Source: Amoeboaphelidium protococcarum X5 (Eukaryota > Fungi > Aphelidiomycota). Taken from it: a DNA stretch of 64,000 nt. Each line of letters begins with the position of its first letter. The stretch's first letter is position 1. The translations under genes were made by a program, and so were the position numbers. Of this stretch, positions 26,391 through 40,821 are shown one piece after another. Under the pieces are notes generated by a model that was given only the letters and a program-made list of their open reading frames with translations, searched no databases and was not told where the DNA came from. The stretch is from NCBI GenBank assembly GCA_023515725.1, contig JALDTO010000146.1, positions 372,001 through 436,000 on the forward strand, read 5' to 3'.

Positions 26391-27455
26391 TCAGTTAGAC
26401 ACCGATTTGTAGCAAGAGGAAAGATCAGTCACATCGTCGCGAGATCCCAAGAAAATTGGAGCTCTGTCGTGAATGCTCTTGGGGATCAGATTCAGTATTT
26501 ACTCACCGCTCTTACCAGTAATGGCCAATCCACCGGCAGCTTCAACGATAAATGCCATCGGGAAGCATTCGTACAGAAGACGCAACTTGCCATTCTTGCT
26601 CTTGCTGTCGGCTGGGTAAGCAAATATACCACCATATAGAATGGTGCGGTGCACATCTGCAACCATGGATCCAACATAGCGCGCACTGTACGGCTTAGCA
26701 TTTGGATCGGTGGGATTCTTCAGAGAGGAGAAGTACTTCTTACATGCATCGTCCCAGTACACAGAGTTTCCCTCATTGACAGAGAAAATTTTCCCACGCT
26801 TTGGAATCTGCACCTTGGGATGTGTGAGGATAAACTCACCGATTGAAGTGTCCAGAGTGTAACCATTCAATGTAGCACCAGAAACACCATCACCGCTAGC
26901 ACTATTCTTGGTGGCTAGCATCAACATGGTGGTTGAGCCGTACAAACAGTACCCGGCGGCAACCATCTCTCTACCGGGGCGTAGAACAGACTTAACGCTA
27001 TCACCCTTATCACCATCTTGCAGTTTGTAAATACCAAATATGGTACCAATACTAATCGCACAATCAATGTTTGAACTTCCATCCAATGGATCAAATACCA
27101 CGCAATACTTTCCCTTGAGCGGTCCCTCGACGATGATCTCGTTCTCATTCTCTTCACTCACCATAACAGCCACTTTACCGGATGACTTTAGAGCATTGAT
27201 GAAAATGGAGTTTGACACCTCATCCAACTTCTTAACATCTTCGCCCTGTACATTGACAGCATTATTAGAACTCAGACCGGTCAATTGGACCAGACCAGCT
27301 TTGCGCACCTGACTAGACACGAATTTACAACCAAGCTGGATACTAACCAGAAGCAGCGTCAGATCGCCAGAAGCCTCCTTGAACTTGTACTACTCATTAA
27401 GCACCTAGCGAGACAGTGTAATCAATTCTGTCTAAACTCCGTTCGACACACTCAT
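26391..27455 (-). CDS. FBP1: Fructose-1,6-bisphosphatase class 1, 354 aa
   Basis: NVQGEDVKKLD, VFDPLDGSSNID, RYVGSMVADVHRTILYGGIF, GKLRLLYEC. Confidence 0.97.
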
Positions 27456-27742
27456 TATTAAGCTGGTTGATTTATACTGCAGATAGTTCTTAGTAAGAAG
27501 AGCAGAAATACTTTATGGTTTCAATTAAAGAATGGAAATGTTCAAGGAAATTGAAACTTTCAACGACTCGCCCGTTATTTGAGAGCGAAACGCTTTCGAT
27601 TTTCATGGCTTGGCTTTGCCGTAACGTTTCCCTCTCGCGCCATGTTGAAAGATTTTCACGATCGCCTCAATTTCGCTGTAAATTTCTTCATTTCGTCTCT
27701 TTATAAGTGTAAAATTTGACCATCTATTGATTATATAATAAA

Positions 27743-29308
27743 ATGCTTAAGTAGGCGCGATTAATTAAAATTAATAACACATCAAGTAGGAGATTAATCT
27801 CGTCTAATAAGTAGCAGTCATTGATCCCTGAATAGACGCGTCAGACACTGTAGAGTCGCATGGAAGTGGAGTCTTCTGGTAGACCGTCTTAATCAACGCG
27901 TCATAGCGGTGATATGGCGGAGGGTGGTGAATCGATCGTCGCTAAGATGGTTGGATACGGTATTTTGACTAGTCTAGTTGGAACACTTGGATATTATAGC
28001 TGGAAGCCTGTTCCTTTTGACGATCAGCGATCCAAGAGCAGTCATGATTATCCAACAACATCATCATCATCATCAGCATAGACATCTTCTGTTGAGCCTC
28101 CAATGATTGCCAATGCTTCTTAATATATGGCTCCTCTGAAGCGATTGCAGTACAGACTACTGTCAGTGTATAAGCGTTATGTAGATCCTCCAGAGTTTAT
28201 GTATCCATTCCTACCTGCACCGATCACCATTCCAATCCCTATGCCTCCTGGTACACCGCAAAGCTTGCAGAAGTATTATAGAGTTCCCACACTGATCATC
28301 GAGCCTGAAGGTACTCTATTCTAGACTGAGTGGACTCGCAATAAGGGGTGGCACGTAATTAAACGTCCTTATGCCGAGTATTTTCTGAGTTATCTCAGTC
28401 AGTATTATGAAATTGTAATCTGGAGTTCACGCACTCTGAATCAAGGTGGGCAGTCATTGTAGGAGATGGCCCTCCACTAGCTGGATATCAAATCTGGTGG
28501 TGCCATCAGTCAGGCATCAGCGAATCCGTAAGATCCCAATGCTAACAGACTCTACCGCGATCATTTAGCATTTGATCTCGATGGTGGGAGACTGAACATG
28601 GTAAAAGATTTGAACAATTTAGGAAGAGACTTATCCACCACGATCTTACTTGATCAGTTCAAGGATGAGGTGATCTATGCTGATGATATCTTGATAGTAC
28701 CATCGCGTTGGGCTACTGAGTCTCCTTCCAAAGATAAGGACGCGTATCTTTTGGATATGCTACCATTCTTGGAAACTCTGGCAATGTCCAAGAGCAATGA
28801 TTTCAGGCCTATTCTCAAACAGTACCAGGGAACAGATATCCCCAAAGAATTTGCCAAGAATGTAGAGATGGTGCGATAGAAGACTGCATAGGAACAGGCT
28901 GCACGTTTACAGTCGCGTGAATCCATTGCCAGTATTGGTCAGAGTGGCGGTAGTGGTGGAATATTGGGCACTTTGATGGCCTTCCTGGGAATTAAGCCAA
29001 TCTCACAGCCTATGCCTGGTCAAGTCACCGGTAATTAAATGCCTAGTTCTCAATAGTAAAGCTTAAGCCAGGCAGACGCGATGCTGCAGCACCATAATGA
29101 GTTTGCCAAAAATTTGGAAAAATCTAGGCAAGAGTAGGAGCAAGTGATGAAATAGGCTGAGCAGTAGTAATAGGAATTTATGGAAAAATCTTAGAATATT
29201 AGAATAACCCTATGGGATCTAATTGTGAAAGGCCAAGATGCCGTACTGGAAGGCATGGACCCGGAAACGCGAAAGCTCGTGGAGTAGATGAACGCGTAGA
29301 ATGCTTGA
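27743..29308 (+). CDS. TIM50: Mitochondrial import translocase subunit Tim50, 521 aa
   Basis: Basic presequence, one [65 protein letters not shown]. Confidence 0.9.
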
Positions 29309-29401
29309 AATTGACTAGTGGCATATGAGGGGGGTTTCTAGATTAAAGTAAGCTAAAAATACAATATATAGATTTCAGATTTACCATTCAGTTATTTATG
29401 C

Positions 29402-29635
29402 TCAGCTAACAACACGTTCTAGACACTCCATGCTCTTGACAGCATTGCCTCTGATCACAACAGTCCCCATAGAGACTTCCCGCCCATCTTTAGTAGTATG
29501 CACAGCATCGTCCAACACAATATTCAAGAACGGATCGTATCCTCTGAGAGTACCACACATTTTCCTATTAGCATTTACCAGTATTTACACCTTTTTATCC
29601 ATCAACTTCTTCAATTCCGGATTAGATGGCTTCAT
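29402..29635 (-). CDS. SMX2: Spliceosomal Sm protein G, 77 aa
   Basis: PELKKLMDKK..NANRK..GTLRGYDPFLNIVLDD...GTVVIRGN. Confidence 0.92.
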
Positions 29636-29860
29636 CTTTTTATATATTTACGCGTAAAAAGCTAAAATCCTGAAATATTAATGACAATCGACGCGTTAAA
29701 ATTGCGATTAAGAAGAACCGCGACGCTTAAAGCCAAGTAAGAAAGAAAGACATGCCCGAAGCAAATTTATAGCTAAAGGATGAGAAGCGTGTATATATAT
29801 ATATAAAGGAAATAAAATAAAGAGCAATCATGTAATTAAACAATAAATGATCAAGTTAAA

Positions 29861-30718
29861 TCACTTAATAGATGGGATTCCACTGAAGGTACGTCTTTTG
29901 TAATCTTGAAACTTCTCTTGGAATGTCTCCTCCAGCCAATGATCTTCGGTCGCAATCCGCGAATGGAAGAAACGCCATAGAAAAACAGTATGAATCAACA
30001 GTGTAACGGGAGAGTATACAAGCAACAAATGAAGACTAATTGTCCACAGCATAAACGCGCAATATGACGGGTGTCTGATATAGGAATAGATTCCTGAGGT
30101 AACAAGCTGATGATCGATATTGCTACTACTGGTTTAATCATTGTTTTTACCAGTTCTCCAAGTACTACAGCTATTATTATTATTACTATCAGAAGTTTTG
30201 ACTTGATGAGTGAAATTACGCCCAGCCGTGAGCATTGCCCAAGTTCTCAACCATTATCCCAAGCATACACCGACAATACCTAACAGCTTAATAACAACTA
30301 GAGCGACATGTAACGCGGATGCTTAGTGGTAAAAGAATATCCTTACGATCGACCAAACAGTGTACTCAATCAATGAACTTAAATGCGCCAACCAGTACTC
30401 CCGCGAATGATCCAGTAAGAATGATGATAAATTTACAGCTTACGGGTGATTAATGGCCGTAGAATAATACTCCAAGAGGTGGAATGTACAGAGAGACGCG
30501 ATATATAATAGAGGTCCTTACAACAGCATAATGATCACGCTATTGGACCATAAAAGTGATATAGCGTAAGATAGACTCGTTCCACCAATTACACCCAATG
30601 TAAAGGCAACCTCAGCGACTTGATGTGGAGCATTCTAGTTATAGTCAGACTCATCTTGATCATATTCCACACTAAACTAAGACGTAATAAGTCGGAAAAC
30701 CATTAGATTCTTCATCAT
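29861..30718 (-). CDS. STE14: Isoprenylcysteine carboxyl methyltransferase, 285 aa
   Basis: FHLLEYY, SFLLDHSREY, AMLTAGRNFTH, HQLVTSGIYSYIRHPSY, FFHSRI..E..L..F..YK..T.SGIP. Confidence 0.92.
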
Positions 30719-30813
30719 ATCACTCGCAGTGATTTCTTTTCCACTTTGTAAAGAGAAGATTTCTTGAACTTTAGATTATTGTCATAAAGCATCAACTGAA
30801 AAATATTATAAAT

Positions 30814-31263
30814 ATGAGGAGTACATATCTTGTGGTAAGCGAATAATAACAACTGCAGTTTAGTGATTATATTTTTTTCAAGTTTGTATTGTAGACTGTA
30901 GTTATGATGCTGCTACTCTCTGCAACTGTCAGAGCATTCGATGGGTTCTTCCAATAGTTCTTTTAGGAAGGTGGGGATCAGCATCATGGGGGAGATGATC
31001 ATTACACTTATGACGGTGAAGGTGGTGGTAGTACTTCTTTTACGGGAGGTCAGAGAGTAAGAGTGGCGGCTTTGACCGATGCGGATAGGTGTGATGGTTA
31101 CGTGTGCCCCATGCCGTGGGATACCTCGAAAGTTGTCTGTGTCTCGCGCCCTATTGACTGTCCATGTGCACCATCCCAACGTAAATGTTAATAAGGTAGT
31201 GGATGGTATTTATGCACTGGACAACAAGGTGGTTGTGCTGCTCTCGGTCTCAAAGATTATTGA
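30814..31263 (+). CDS. LCL2: Lcl2-like small secreted/ER Cys-rich protein; candidate 60-nt intron at 30835-30894
   Basis: Signal peptide, FFQQFF, CDGYVCP...CVSRPIDCPC...KC...WYLC; GTAAGC...TTGTAG within the signal-peptide region. Confidence 0.75.
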
Positions 31264-31391
31264 TTTATTTAGTTGAATGATAATATACTGTATAAATCGA
31301 TTAAGCAATCATCTCTATAAATATATATTTCAATTCCTTATCATCATCATGACACGCCTCTAGATAGCAAGTAGTGGTGTAATCAACAGTA

Positions 31392-33848
31392 TCACTTCAT
31401 ACCATTCTGAGCCTTGAATATATCCCATGCGAGATTTAGAGCACTGAACACTGACGCACAAATCAAATTCTCCTCTTCACTGACGTTTGGAAGTTTATCC
31501 GGATGCACTTTGGCAATAGCTTTCATGTACTTTATCTTCACCTGACTGGTGGTGACTAGTTCAGACATCTTTGGTGGAGTCCATTGGCCATTATTGGACA
31601 AGATTTATGGATACGGACGGAGAACTTGGTCCAGAGTTGACAACAGAGCCCTAATATTCTAGCCCTTACCATCCTTCCATTTCATTATGGCAGCATCCAC
31701 ATTATCTCTCATCTCAAGCTATGACTAGTTCATTGTCACCGACGTAGGCTACGATGTCTATTGAGTTTAGTCGGCTGAATTTATAGTAGTCGTAGTTGAA
31801 GTCTTTATAAAATCTGAATTCTTCTAACTTTATCCACTCATATCACCAAGGAAGGCCAAATCATTCATAATATCACTAGACTTATTACTTATAGGCTAAG
31901 ATAGAGTGGGAGCACCACTCTTCCCAGGGGATGATGACTTAGACGATGATACTGTTCTAGCTTTATCACTATTTACCGCCGATGGTTGACCAATGCCCAG
32001 AGCTTATAAACATCGCCTGATACCGTCTTGAACAGGTTTACTTACACCAGGTCCACCGTCACTCTGACACACAGACATGCATAGTTGAAAAGTCTCCAGT
32101 GATAGTTTGAACTTTTCCATATTCTCCAGAGCGGTCGCCTTCCGCAGTAGAGCTTTACTCTGAACGTCTTTCAACTCCTTCAACTTACTAGTACTATCTC
32201 CATACTGTATTTCGTCCTTCAACAGGAGCAATACTTGGTCACAATCAGCCACTGCATCTTTGTATGTTCCATTCTTTAATCTGCACGCGGCACGATTGTT
32301 ATGCAATGACATTATCAACTACACTAAGTCAGGATAAGATAAAGTCCATTTAAACGTCTCTCTATACTGAAGGAAATGACTCAAAGCCTTAGTGTACTGC
32401 TCTTCTGCGTCACCATATTAGCCTTGTTTGAAAAAGATGGTGCCTTGATCCTTACACGAATTAGCAGCAGACATCATCTCAGCAATTCTAGAATCTGACA
32501 AATAACTTGATCTAGGCGGGCGCTCTACAACCGGGCTTTTGAACACTTCAGCAGTCTATTTTGATTGTTTGGCAGCTTTCAACTCGTGCAAATGATCATC
32601 ACCTATATCGCCAGACTATTATCGATACTAAAACCGCTCAGGCTAATCATCCAACTACTGACCACCATAACCATCTCCAACATCTTCCATACTACTACGT
32701 ATGGTGGTCTGAAGTTTCTTACTCTACTCATTTACAATCTCTTTAGCTTTTTAGAAGAGAGCGCCACTCAGCACCTGTGCCTTGCCAACAAACTTGTTAA
32801 AATTGGCTTTATAGTCCTTGCCACCGTTGTTCTGCTATTACTACTACTAATCAGACGGTTACTACTACAGATGAAGCTGTCCAGTGACGATCAAAGTCAT
32901 AGCCTCTTGAAGATTATTATCAACTCTGTCCAATGCCTTTTTAGATTCTTCGACACCAAACCCCAAATTGACCATCTTTGCAATAAGTTCATCTTGACTG
33001 ACAGCGGGCGCCTTTTACGCACCTGATGACTTCTTCGCCGCATTAGACAGATCCTGATTACGCTAGATTGCATCATTTGGCTTATCGTTCAGCGACGGTT
33101 GTTAAAAGATCTATGCTTGTCTCTCCTACTATGGTTAGGATGGGGCAGGTTTGGACTACTATAACTAAGAAGGCACATCTGACGATTTGGCAGCAGGTTA
33201 GATGTTCTGAGCGGGAGGCTAGCTAGAAAACAACCCAAACGTGTCATCATCATTAAGCTTCTGCACACTCGGAGGAACATCCTACTTCTACTGTTACTGA
33301 GAAGACTTATCAGCTTATTAAGTAGATGGCGATTGCTTTTACGTTGTCAAAAAGGCATCGAAATCCCAATTATTAGCATTACTACCAGACTGTTTAATCG
33401 GTGATGCACCTGGGGAAGGTTTGGGAGTGGAGGAGGAAGTGAGCTGGGACTATTAAGGTGCCTAGAATTGCTACTACAAAGGCACAGATGTTGATTTTTA
33501 ACTTTTAGCGTATTATTATTACTCTGCCAAAGTCATCTTGGACATATCTTTACTATTGTTACTCTATCTAGAATTCATGATACTGCCGCTCATGAGATTA
33601 GCAAATGGATCCACCGATTAAGACTTATTCGGCATACTAGCATTAGATGGCGACGCACTTCTACTACTCAGCGCTGACTATTGCTGATTAGGCGCAGAAA
33701 TAGGAGCTTACATGGCAGCCATTCTTGGGAGATGAGATTATTCTTGACCACTTTACAATGAACTCTAAGTATTAGTGGAGTTCATCACTTTCTTGTTACT
33801 AGGATTCTGAGCTGGATTGCCCCAACTCAAATCAGCTAAATCATCCAT
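31392..33848 (-). CDS. SWA2: Auxilin-like clathrin uncoating factor (UBA-like, TPR and J domains), 818 aa
   Basis: MDDLADLSW start, LQRWSIWG/UBA-like segment, TPR (NNRAACRLK, KALLRKATALE), WKDGKGQNIRALLSTL, KYMKAIAKVHPDKL, FSALNLAWDIFK. Confidence 0.9.
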
Positions 33849-34175
33849 ATTGTTATTATTTCTAGACTGTATTTTCCTAAAGCAAGATACTAATTATGAA
33901 GTAAAATATTAGTGACTGTAAAAATCTGATGATTCAAACTTGATTGAATAATAGAATTGACAAGAAAGAATGAACTGATTCGATAGTTGGCGATGTCAAG
34001 ACAACAGACTACCAAGTACGTACAACTGATTTGACACACGGTTTATTAGTCATCAATTCACTGTCACCTTTCTCAGAATGAATTATATTATAGCGGTATT
34101 GAACTTGCAGTAATTATGGATTAAGCTTCCACAATACCACATATAGTATGAAACACTCAAAATGTATACATTCTA

Positions 34176-35009
34176 TCAGATGGGGGCAACTTTGTAAGAT
34201 CCAGGATGACAGCCATTAGAAGACGCGTCTAGTGTTAACGCTTTCAATTTCATCGTTACTTTAGAAGACGGCATCTTTTCTTTATCAAAGTTGTGTAATT
34301 TACTCGCACTGTGAAGCATTACCAAATTTTACTCTTGCAAACAGTGAAATGTGGTAGACACCAACTTTTAATCAAACTGCAACATCTTGGATCCGAGCTG
34401 AGACGGAGCAGCCTTCATCAGTGACGTGGCATCACACACGAAACAGTCCAGCTCGTAACGCAAGAAGAACAGCCGATAATCAAGAGACTTTATCAATAGT
34501 CTTTCAAGATGGTTGAGTGTCTTTAATTTGCTCATATTTTCTAGAGAGTATAGCAAATCATCCATAATGAGGTAGTCCAAATTGTTCAGGTAATCTGCTA
34601 CAACTTGGGTCCAAACCTTGTTTGTGTAATTTTGGTCATCTAACTATTTGTTTGCAATCATGAAGCAGCATATATACGCCTCTAACGGAGTTATATCATG
34701 TTTTGGAGCATTTGCAATCTTCGGTAGACAGTATTGATTTTGAGAATAGCGATACACATAAGCCACGGCGAGCACGCTCTATTGATATGGGAGACGCGTC
34801 AGTTTAGAGGAGTGGAATATATACGCAGACAATACATCTATCTCGTGTAATACCGCTCTTTATTACAGCTATTTTTCCGTTAACTTCGTTGAATCCTGAT
34901 ATTCCTGTTTCGACTCTTCGTGCCTTGTTTCAATCTATTCTGGATCATGGCATCCATGCATGCACATATAGGTGGCTGTGGCCAGCACATGCGCCAGTTT
35001 AAGATCCAT
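34176..35009 (-). CDS. Pho80/PCL-family cyclin, 277 aa
   Basis: Cyclin box: VLAVAYVYRY, CFMIANKQLDDQNYTNKVW, LNHLERLLIKSLDYRL. Confidence 0.8.
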
Positions 35010-35468
35010 GATCAACTTGCCTGGATGTAATATTAAAGATATAAAAATATAAAAACAAGGTTATTATAGATAGTGATTATCGTCAAATTAGAGACAAGAA
35101 TTCAGGAACAATTGATGCGAATCATTATGGTTCAATCAGACGAGAGTAAATAATCTGAACAGTTTCATATAAATATGACAAAAAATGAAATAACAATTAA
35201 GATGCAAAACAGTGTGCTTTGAAGGATGCGAAGTAATTTTAATATACGTACGTATAGGTATAAACAGCGAATATTTGTATTGTATTCTCATGGAAGAGAT
35301 TTTAGCTTTCGGCGCGCGAGCCGACCGACGCAGGGAAGCGACGGTCTAGCCTTTTTAAGGCCCAAAAATAGACGCCGATTTAGTTTAAGCCACCTCAATG
35401 CATGCGATGACTAACTCGTAGTGAACAAATCTGTGCAGTTGTAGATTTGCAAGATAGAGTAAGTTTAT

Positions 35469-35493
35469 CTATATATATGTGTGTGTGTGTGTG
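35469..35493. repeat. (TA)n(TG)n dinucleotide microsatellite
   Basis: Read directly. Confidence 0.8.
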
Positions 35494-37193
35494 GGAAAGT
35501 TAAGTATAAAGGAAAATGAAAAATTGATATATAGAATCTAGAATGAGCTGAGCATCCGCAAGGAGATCACCGGATGCAAGTGGGTATTTCGACACATACC
35601 GTGATCCTATTGCGGATGATAAGACCATTCGAGATTCATATCATCACTGAGTAGCAATATCTTACTAATCAATGCAAAGAGATTTTACACAAAGAATTGA
35701 TGACTTACAGTAGTAATCATCATCATTCAAAAGTTTATCGTCTTTGTTTTATTGGCAAAGAAGAGAGATGACGAATGCATGAAAAAGGGGCGAATCCCTA
35801 GCGATGATAAAAGGTCCGCGAGATTCAAGGTAGCGCCCCAAAATAGGTCTCCTGGCAACCGAAAATCACTTCCAAGACAACTAGCTCCGTCATATAATAC
35901 GTTTGAAAAAGATCCAATGCGTCTGTACTTATTAATCAATTTTCCAAATATATTAATGGATTTTCTCTGCTGATATCAGCGTTAGATTTTTCTTCAGTGC
36001 ATCCGTGAACATAGCGATGTTCTCGCTTTCAGTAATAGTTGCATGTGCATTGAAATGAATAAAACGAAGTAATCGAAATGATTTAAACAATCAGTTACAT
36101 TAATTAACATTCACATTAAGTAGATTCTATTTTATCGGATTTCTCTTTGCGTTGTGGAATCGACACCTCATATCGTCCGCAAGACATTTGGACTACACCG
36201 AATCCCATTTTCAGTGCTGAGGTCACGATCCCCGGTTCAAAATAAGGGCCACCGACAAAACCAACAGCAGGAGAATGGCGTGCTTAGGCAACTTAAGAAG
36301 TTGTGCACACCAGCTGCTGCAAGCTATTGGCCCGCACAAAGAAAAGTCTCCCACTCATTAACATGATATAACCTTCTCCTAGAAGTGGATCTGCCTGACC
36401 GAGTGTAGTGGAAATAGTTTCACAGTTTAGCTTCCACCACAGCAACGAACGTGCCGACTTCAAACAAGCTGTCTGCCTCTGTGACTATAGATTTGTCAAC
36501 GGGATCTCAGAACTTACTTCAAATGAACATGCCAAAAAATTAAACTTGTTAATCAGTTCACTCAACGCTCACCTCTTCTTCCTCTACGATGAGTGCATAA
36601 TTACCGACAACGCCAGCTACCAGATTTATTAACGCGTTTATCTCATCCGTATTCCTGTATATAGTTTACAAGATATCCGATAGATAAGCATCTTTCAGGA
36701 ATTTTCTATGGAGTGCTAAATTGCGGCGAATAACCATCGAGAGTGATGATTTAAAGGCCTCAGGACAAAACAGTCGCGGAAATCTGTGCATTGTAACTGT
36801 TATGTGGGCCGATGTTGTTACCAACATCAATGGCGACACGAGAACCTCAGTTTTAATGGACTTCTTAGTCAAGCATAAGGATAATTGTCTAAATTCTTGA
36901 TTCTACTGTACTTTGTAGAAGAGCGGAGAAGACATTCATCAATGACAATCTCAGTCATGTTTTGAAACTAGCCATCACATCGGACAGGTTTTTGTCATCA
37001 AACCGGAAGCCAGCTGATCAGTACAGCTGTTGCTGATGATTTGGTCTGATTTCAAAAGACGCGTAATGTAGAGAGTATTGAATATAAAGTAACTGCACCC
37101 AATTCGATGAGCTAAAAATGAAATTGCATAAAATCAATTACTATCTATCACGCTACTTTATAAAATTGCATTTAAAGAAGTAAAGTGGTATCA

Positions 37194-37622
37194 TCATTAT
37201 TAAGACAGAGTAGATATAGCGGAAACTTCAATAAAATCCCCAACATTATAACGCACATCTTTAAGCGTAGCCAGAAATGCAGGACATTCAAACTCAGCTC
37301 TCCTCTGAATTTAAAGCACTCCTTTGGCAATCACCCGTGAAACAAAATTATCATCTTTATGATTGAAATAGACTATTTTGACAATAATTTTCCTATTAGG
37401 AAGCTATAGAATAGGATGTTTACACCTCAGTTAGAGTAGCAGCTGAGCAATCGTCGTATTCCAATACGCATATACTTGAGATTCACTACCACCGTTTTCA
37501 GGTGTCAACCGAAGCTGAAGTTGCGGAGGATATATATGATAACTTTTTTGCTATTATTCTGCCTCCAGCACTAGACATTGAACAAGAAAGGGGCATACTA
37601 CTTGGTCTTCGTTAACATTCAT
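37194..37622 (-). CDS. SAP18: Sin3-associated protein SAP18-like, 142 aa
   Basis: VCPFLVQ, SESQVYAYWNTTIAQL, TLKDVRYNVGDFIEVS match the SAP18 pattern (CPxLL / ELQIYTW..TL.EL / TL....F.IGDY.D.A); absent from the ORF track. Confidence 0.7.
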
Positions 37623-37697
37623 ACTTAAAATAGTCTTGATGATCTCCCTCGATTCCCTCTCTCTCTCTCTCTTTCAATTAAACGCGAAACTGGAAAA

Positions 37698-38267
37698 ATG
37701 ATAAAAACACCTCGATAATAACAGAGAGCATCACACGGCGGCGGATAGTAATCTATAAGAAGTCTGAAAGGGGACTGGTATTGCGGAGAATGCAACATGC
37801 ACAACTTTGCAAGGCGGACAGATTGCTTTAGATGCCACTCTGTGAAAGACGATGCTGCTGATACTGTAACTGTGGAATAATAGTCTAGTGATTCAACTGG
37901 TGGCGCGTAAAAGTATTCTGATGGAAATGCCATCATTAATAAGTAGAAATATATACTGCCACAAGGTGCCAAGATGAAGAGAGGCGATTGGTTTTGCTCT
38001 AAATCTGACTGTCGATATTTGAATTTCGCGTCGAGATCAAATTGTAATCAATGCGCCACGCCAAAGTCCCTGATGCCTGATGAGTGGAAATGTGATTGCG
38101 GCTTCACTAATCTCAAGTTTCGCTCCACCTGTTTCCAGTGCTATGCTGACCGCCCAGCTGATATTAGCGCGCCTGTGCCTAAAGAGGGTGAATGGATGTG
38201 CGAGTCTTGTAACTGCTTCAACTTTGCCAAGCGGAGAGAGTGTTTCGAGTGTGGAAAATCTAAATGA
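37698..38267 (+). CDS. RanBP2-type zinc finger protein (4 fingers), 189 aa
   Basis: Four W-x-C-x(1-4)-C-x3-N-x6-C-x2-C units, e.g. GDWYCGECNMHNFARRTDCFRC. Confidence 0.9.
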
Positions 38268-38381
38268 ACTTTGATTATCTTTAACTTGACTTGTTTAGGT
38301 ATCTTTTACCATAAAACTGATTGATCTGCATGTAATAATTGAGAATAAATCAACTGGAGAATATTAATATATTTTTAGTCT

Positions 38382-39500
<1,119 letters not shown>

Positions 39501-39861
39501 TAAATCGGCAGATGTTTCCAGTGACCTGCTTAAAAATAAAAGTACAAGTTAAATTCAATTAAATTTAAAGACAATCCCCTGCAGATGTAGACTTTCTAAT
39601 AAAACGGAACAACAAGTTGAAAAGGAAAGAAAAGCTTCTAAAGACGCGGCAGAAAGGAACAGAAGTCATCAAGCGCGAAGCTAAACAGAACGAATCATAA
39701 GGGCCAGTGCGACGCTTCATTTACCACGATTGAAGAAACTTGATGTTAAAGTACAGTAGTCTAAAGTTAAAACAGGCAATCATAATATGAATTCAAATAT
39801 TCTTTTTCCGTATTCCGTATTCCTTACTACAACTACACTTCAACTTCTAACAAAGCAGTCT

Positions 39862-40821
39862 TCAAATATTGTGACAAGAAGAACCATAGGCCGGCTGACA
39901 GAACTAGTTTAGTGGTGGGTAGTATTCTGCAAAATCCATATCAACTAACACTTTCTTAAATCTCTCTTCCAGCTCAGGCTCGATTTAAGTGTTTGGCTTG
40001 TTGGTGTACACTAACGCGCCCTGATACTCTCCGCCAAAGCCAGATCCACAGTAGAAGTATACCATGTACTTCAACTTTGAATTGTCCAAAGGATCCAGTT
40101 CGTAGTCCAGAACGTAATAATACTCGGTGACCTGCATACCAAATAGATCATACTAAGTCCATAAGGTGTTATCATTATACTACTTCAACACGTATGACGC
40201 GTTTCGCACATACTGTCCAGTGTTGACTTGATCGCCCAAGTTCTTGCCAGAGACCAAAGAGTACAAATCAGTGGACCATACAGTTTGAGCTCCAGTTTGT
40301 GCATTCTCAGTAGCGTAAGAGTAATCCAGGCGCTGACATGGAAAACAGTCGTAAATCTCGTGAGATCCCCTCGCAACATACATTACACCAGTCTAAGCTA
40401 GAAGTTACCAGTCAAAGTTCTTAATGCGTACATCACGTCTATCCAACTTTTGAGGAGACGGACACTTTTACTCTGACCAAGTCATTTCTGGAATACACTT
40501 GTTACTCAGCATGCAGCCAGTAAAGTCATTGAACTTCTCATTAGAGTACAAGAAGAAGCAGTTGGAGGTGCACTTTTGGTACGCGTCAACTCCCTAATCA
40601 GTCGGGCAGTCCTTCATACACTGACTGCACACTCTGCATTAGCCATCAAGCATACATTGCGCCAATTTAAATCCACATTTGAAAAGCAAACATCCAATCT
40701 TGGGAGTTGGTGCAACTGATGGTTCCTTACTCTGCAACACAGTTTGCGCGCTATTGATGTTGAATGCACTAGTACAGGTAACAAGCACTATAAACAAAAT
40801 TGTACTACCAACAGTAATCAT
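39862..40821 (-). CDS. Secreted violaxanthin de-epoxidase-family (VDE/VDL) lipocalin with Cys-rich N-domain, 319 aa
   Basis: Signal peptide; CLLFKCGFKLAQCMLDGQC..C..C..C..C..FNDFTGCMLSNKCIP; MYVARGSHEIYDCFPCQ; EYYYVLD; YMVYFYCG....YQGALVYT. Confidence 0.75.

Noticed and set aside
35100-37100. Possible gene(s) in a 2-kb gap
   Set aside because: The frames I translated are broken by TGA even under TAR=Gln and show no recognisable motif; may be a decayed gene.
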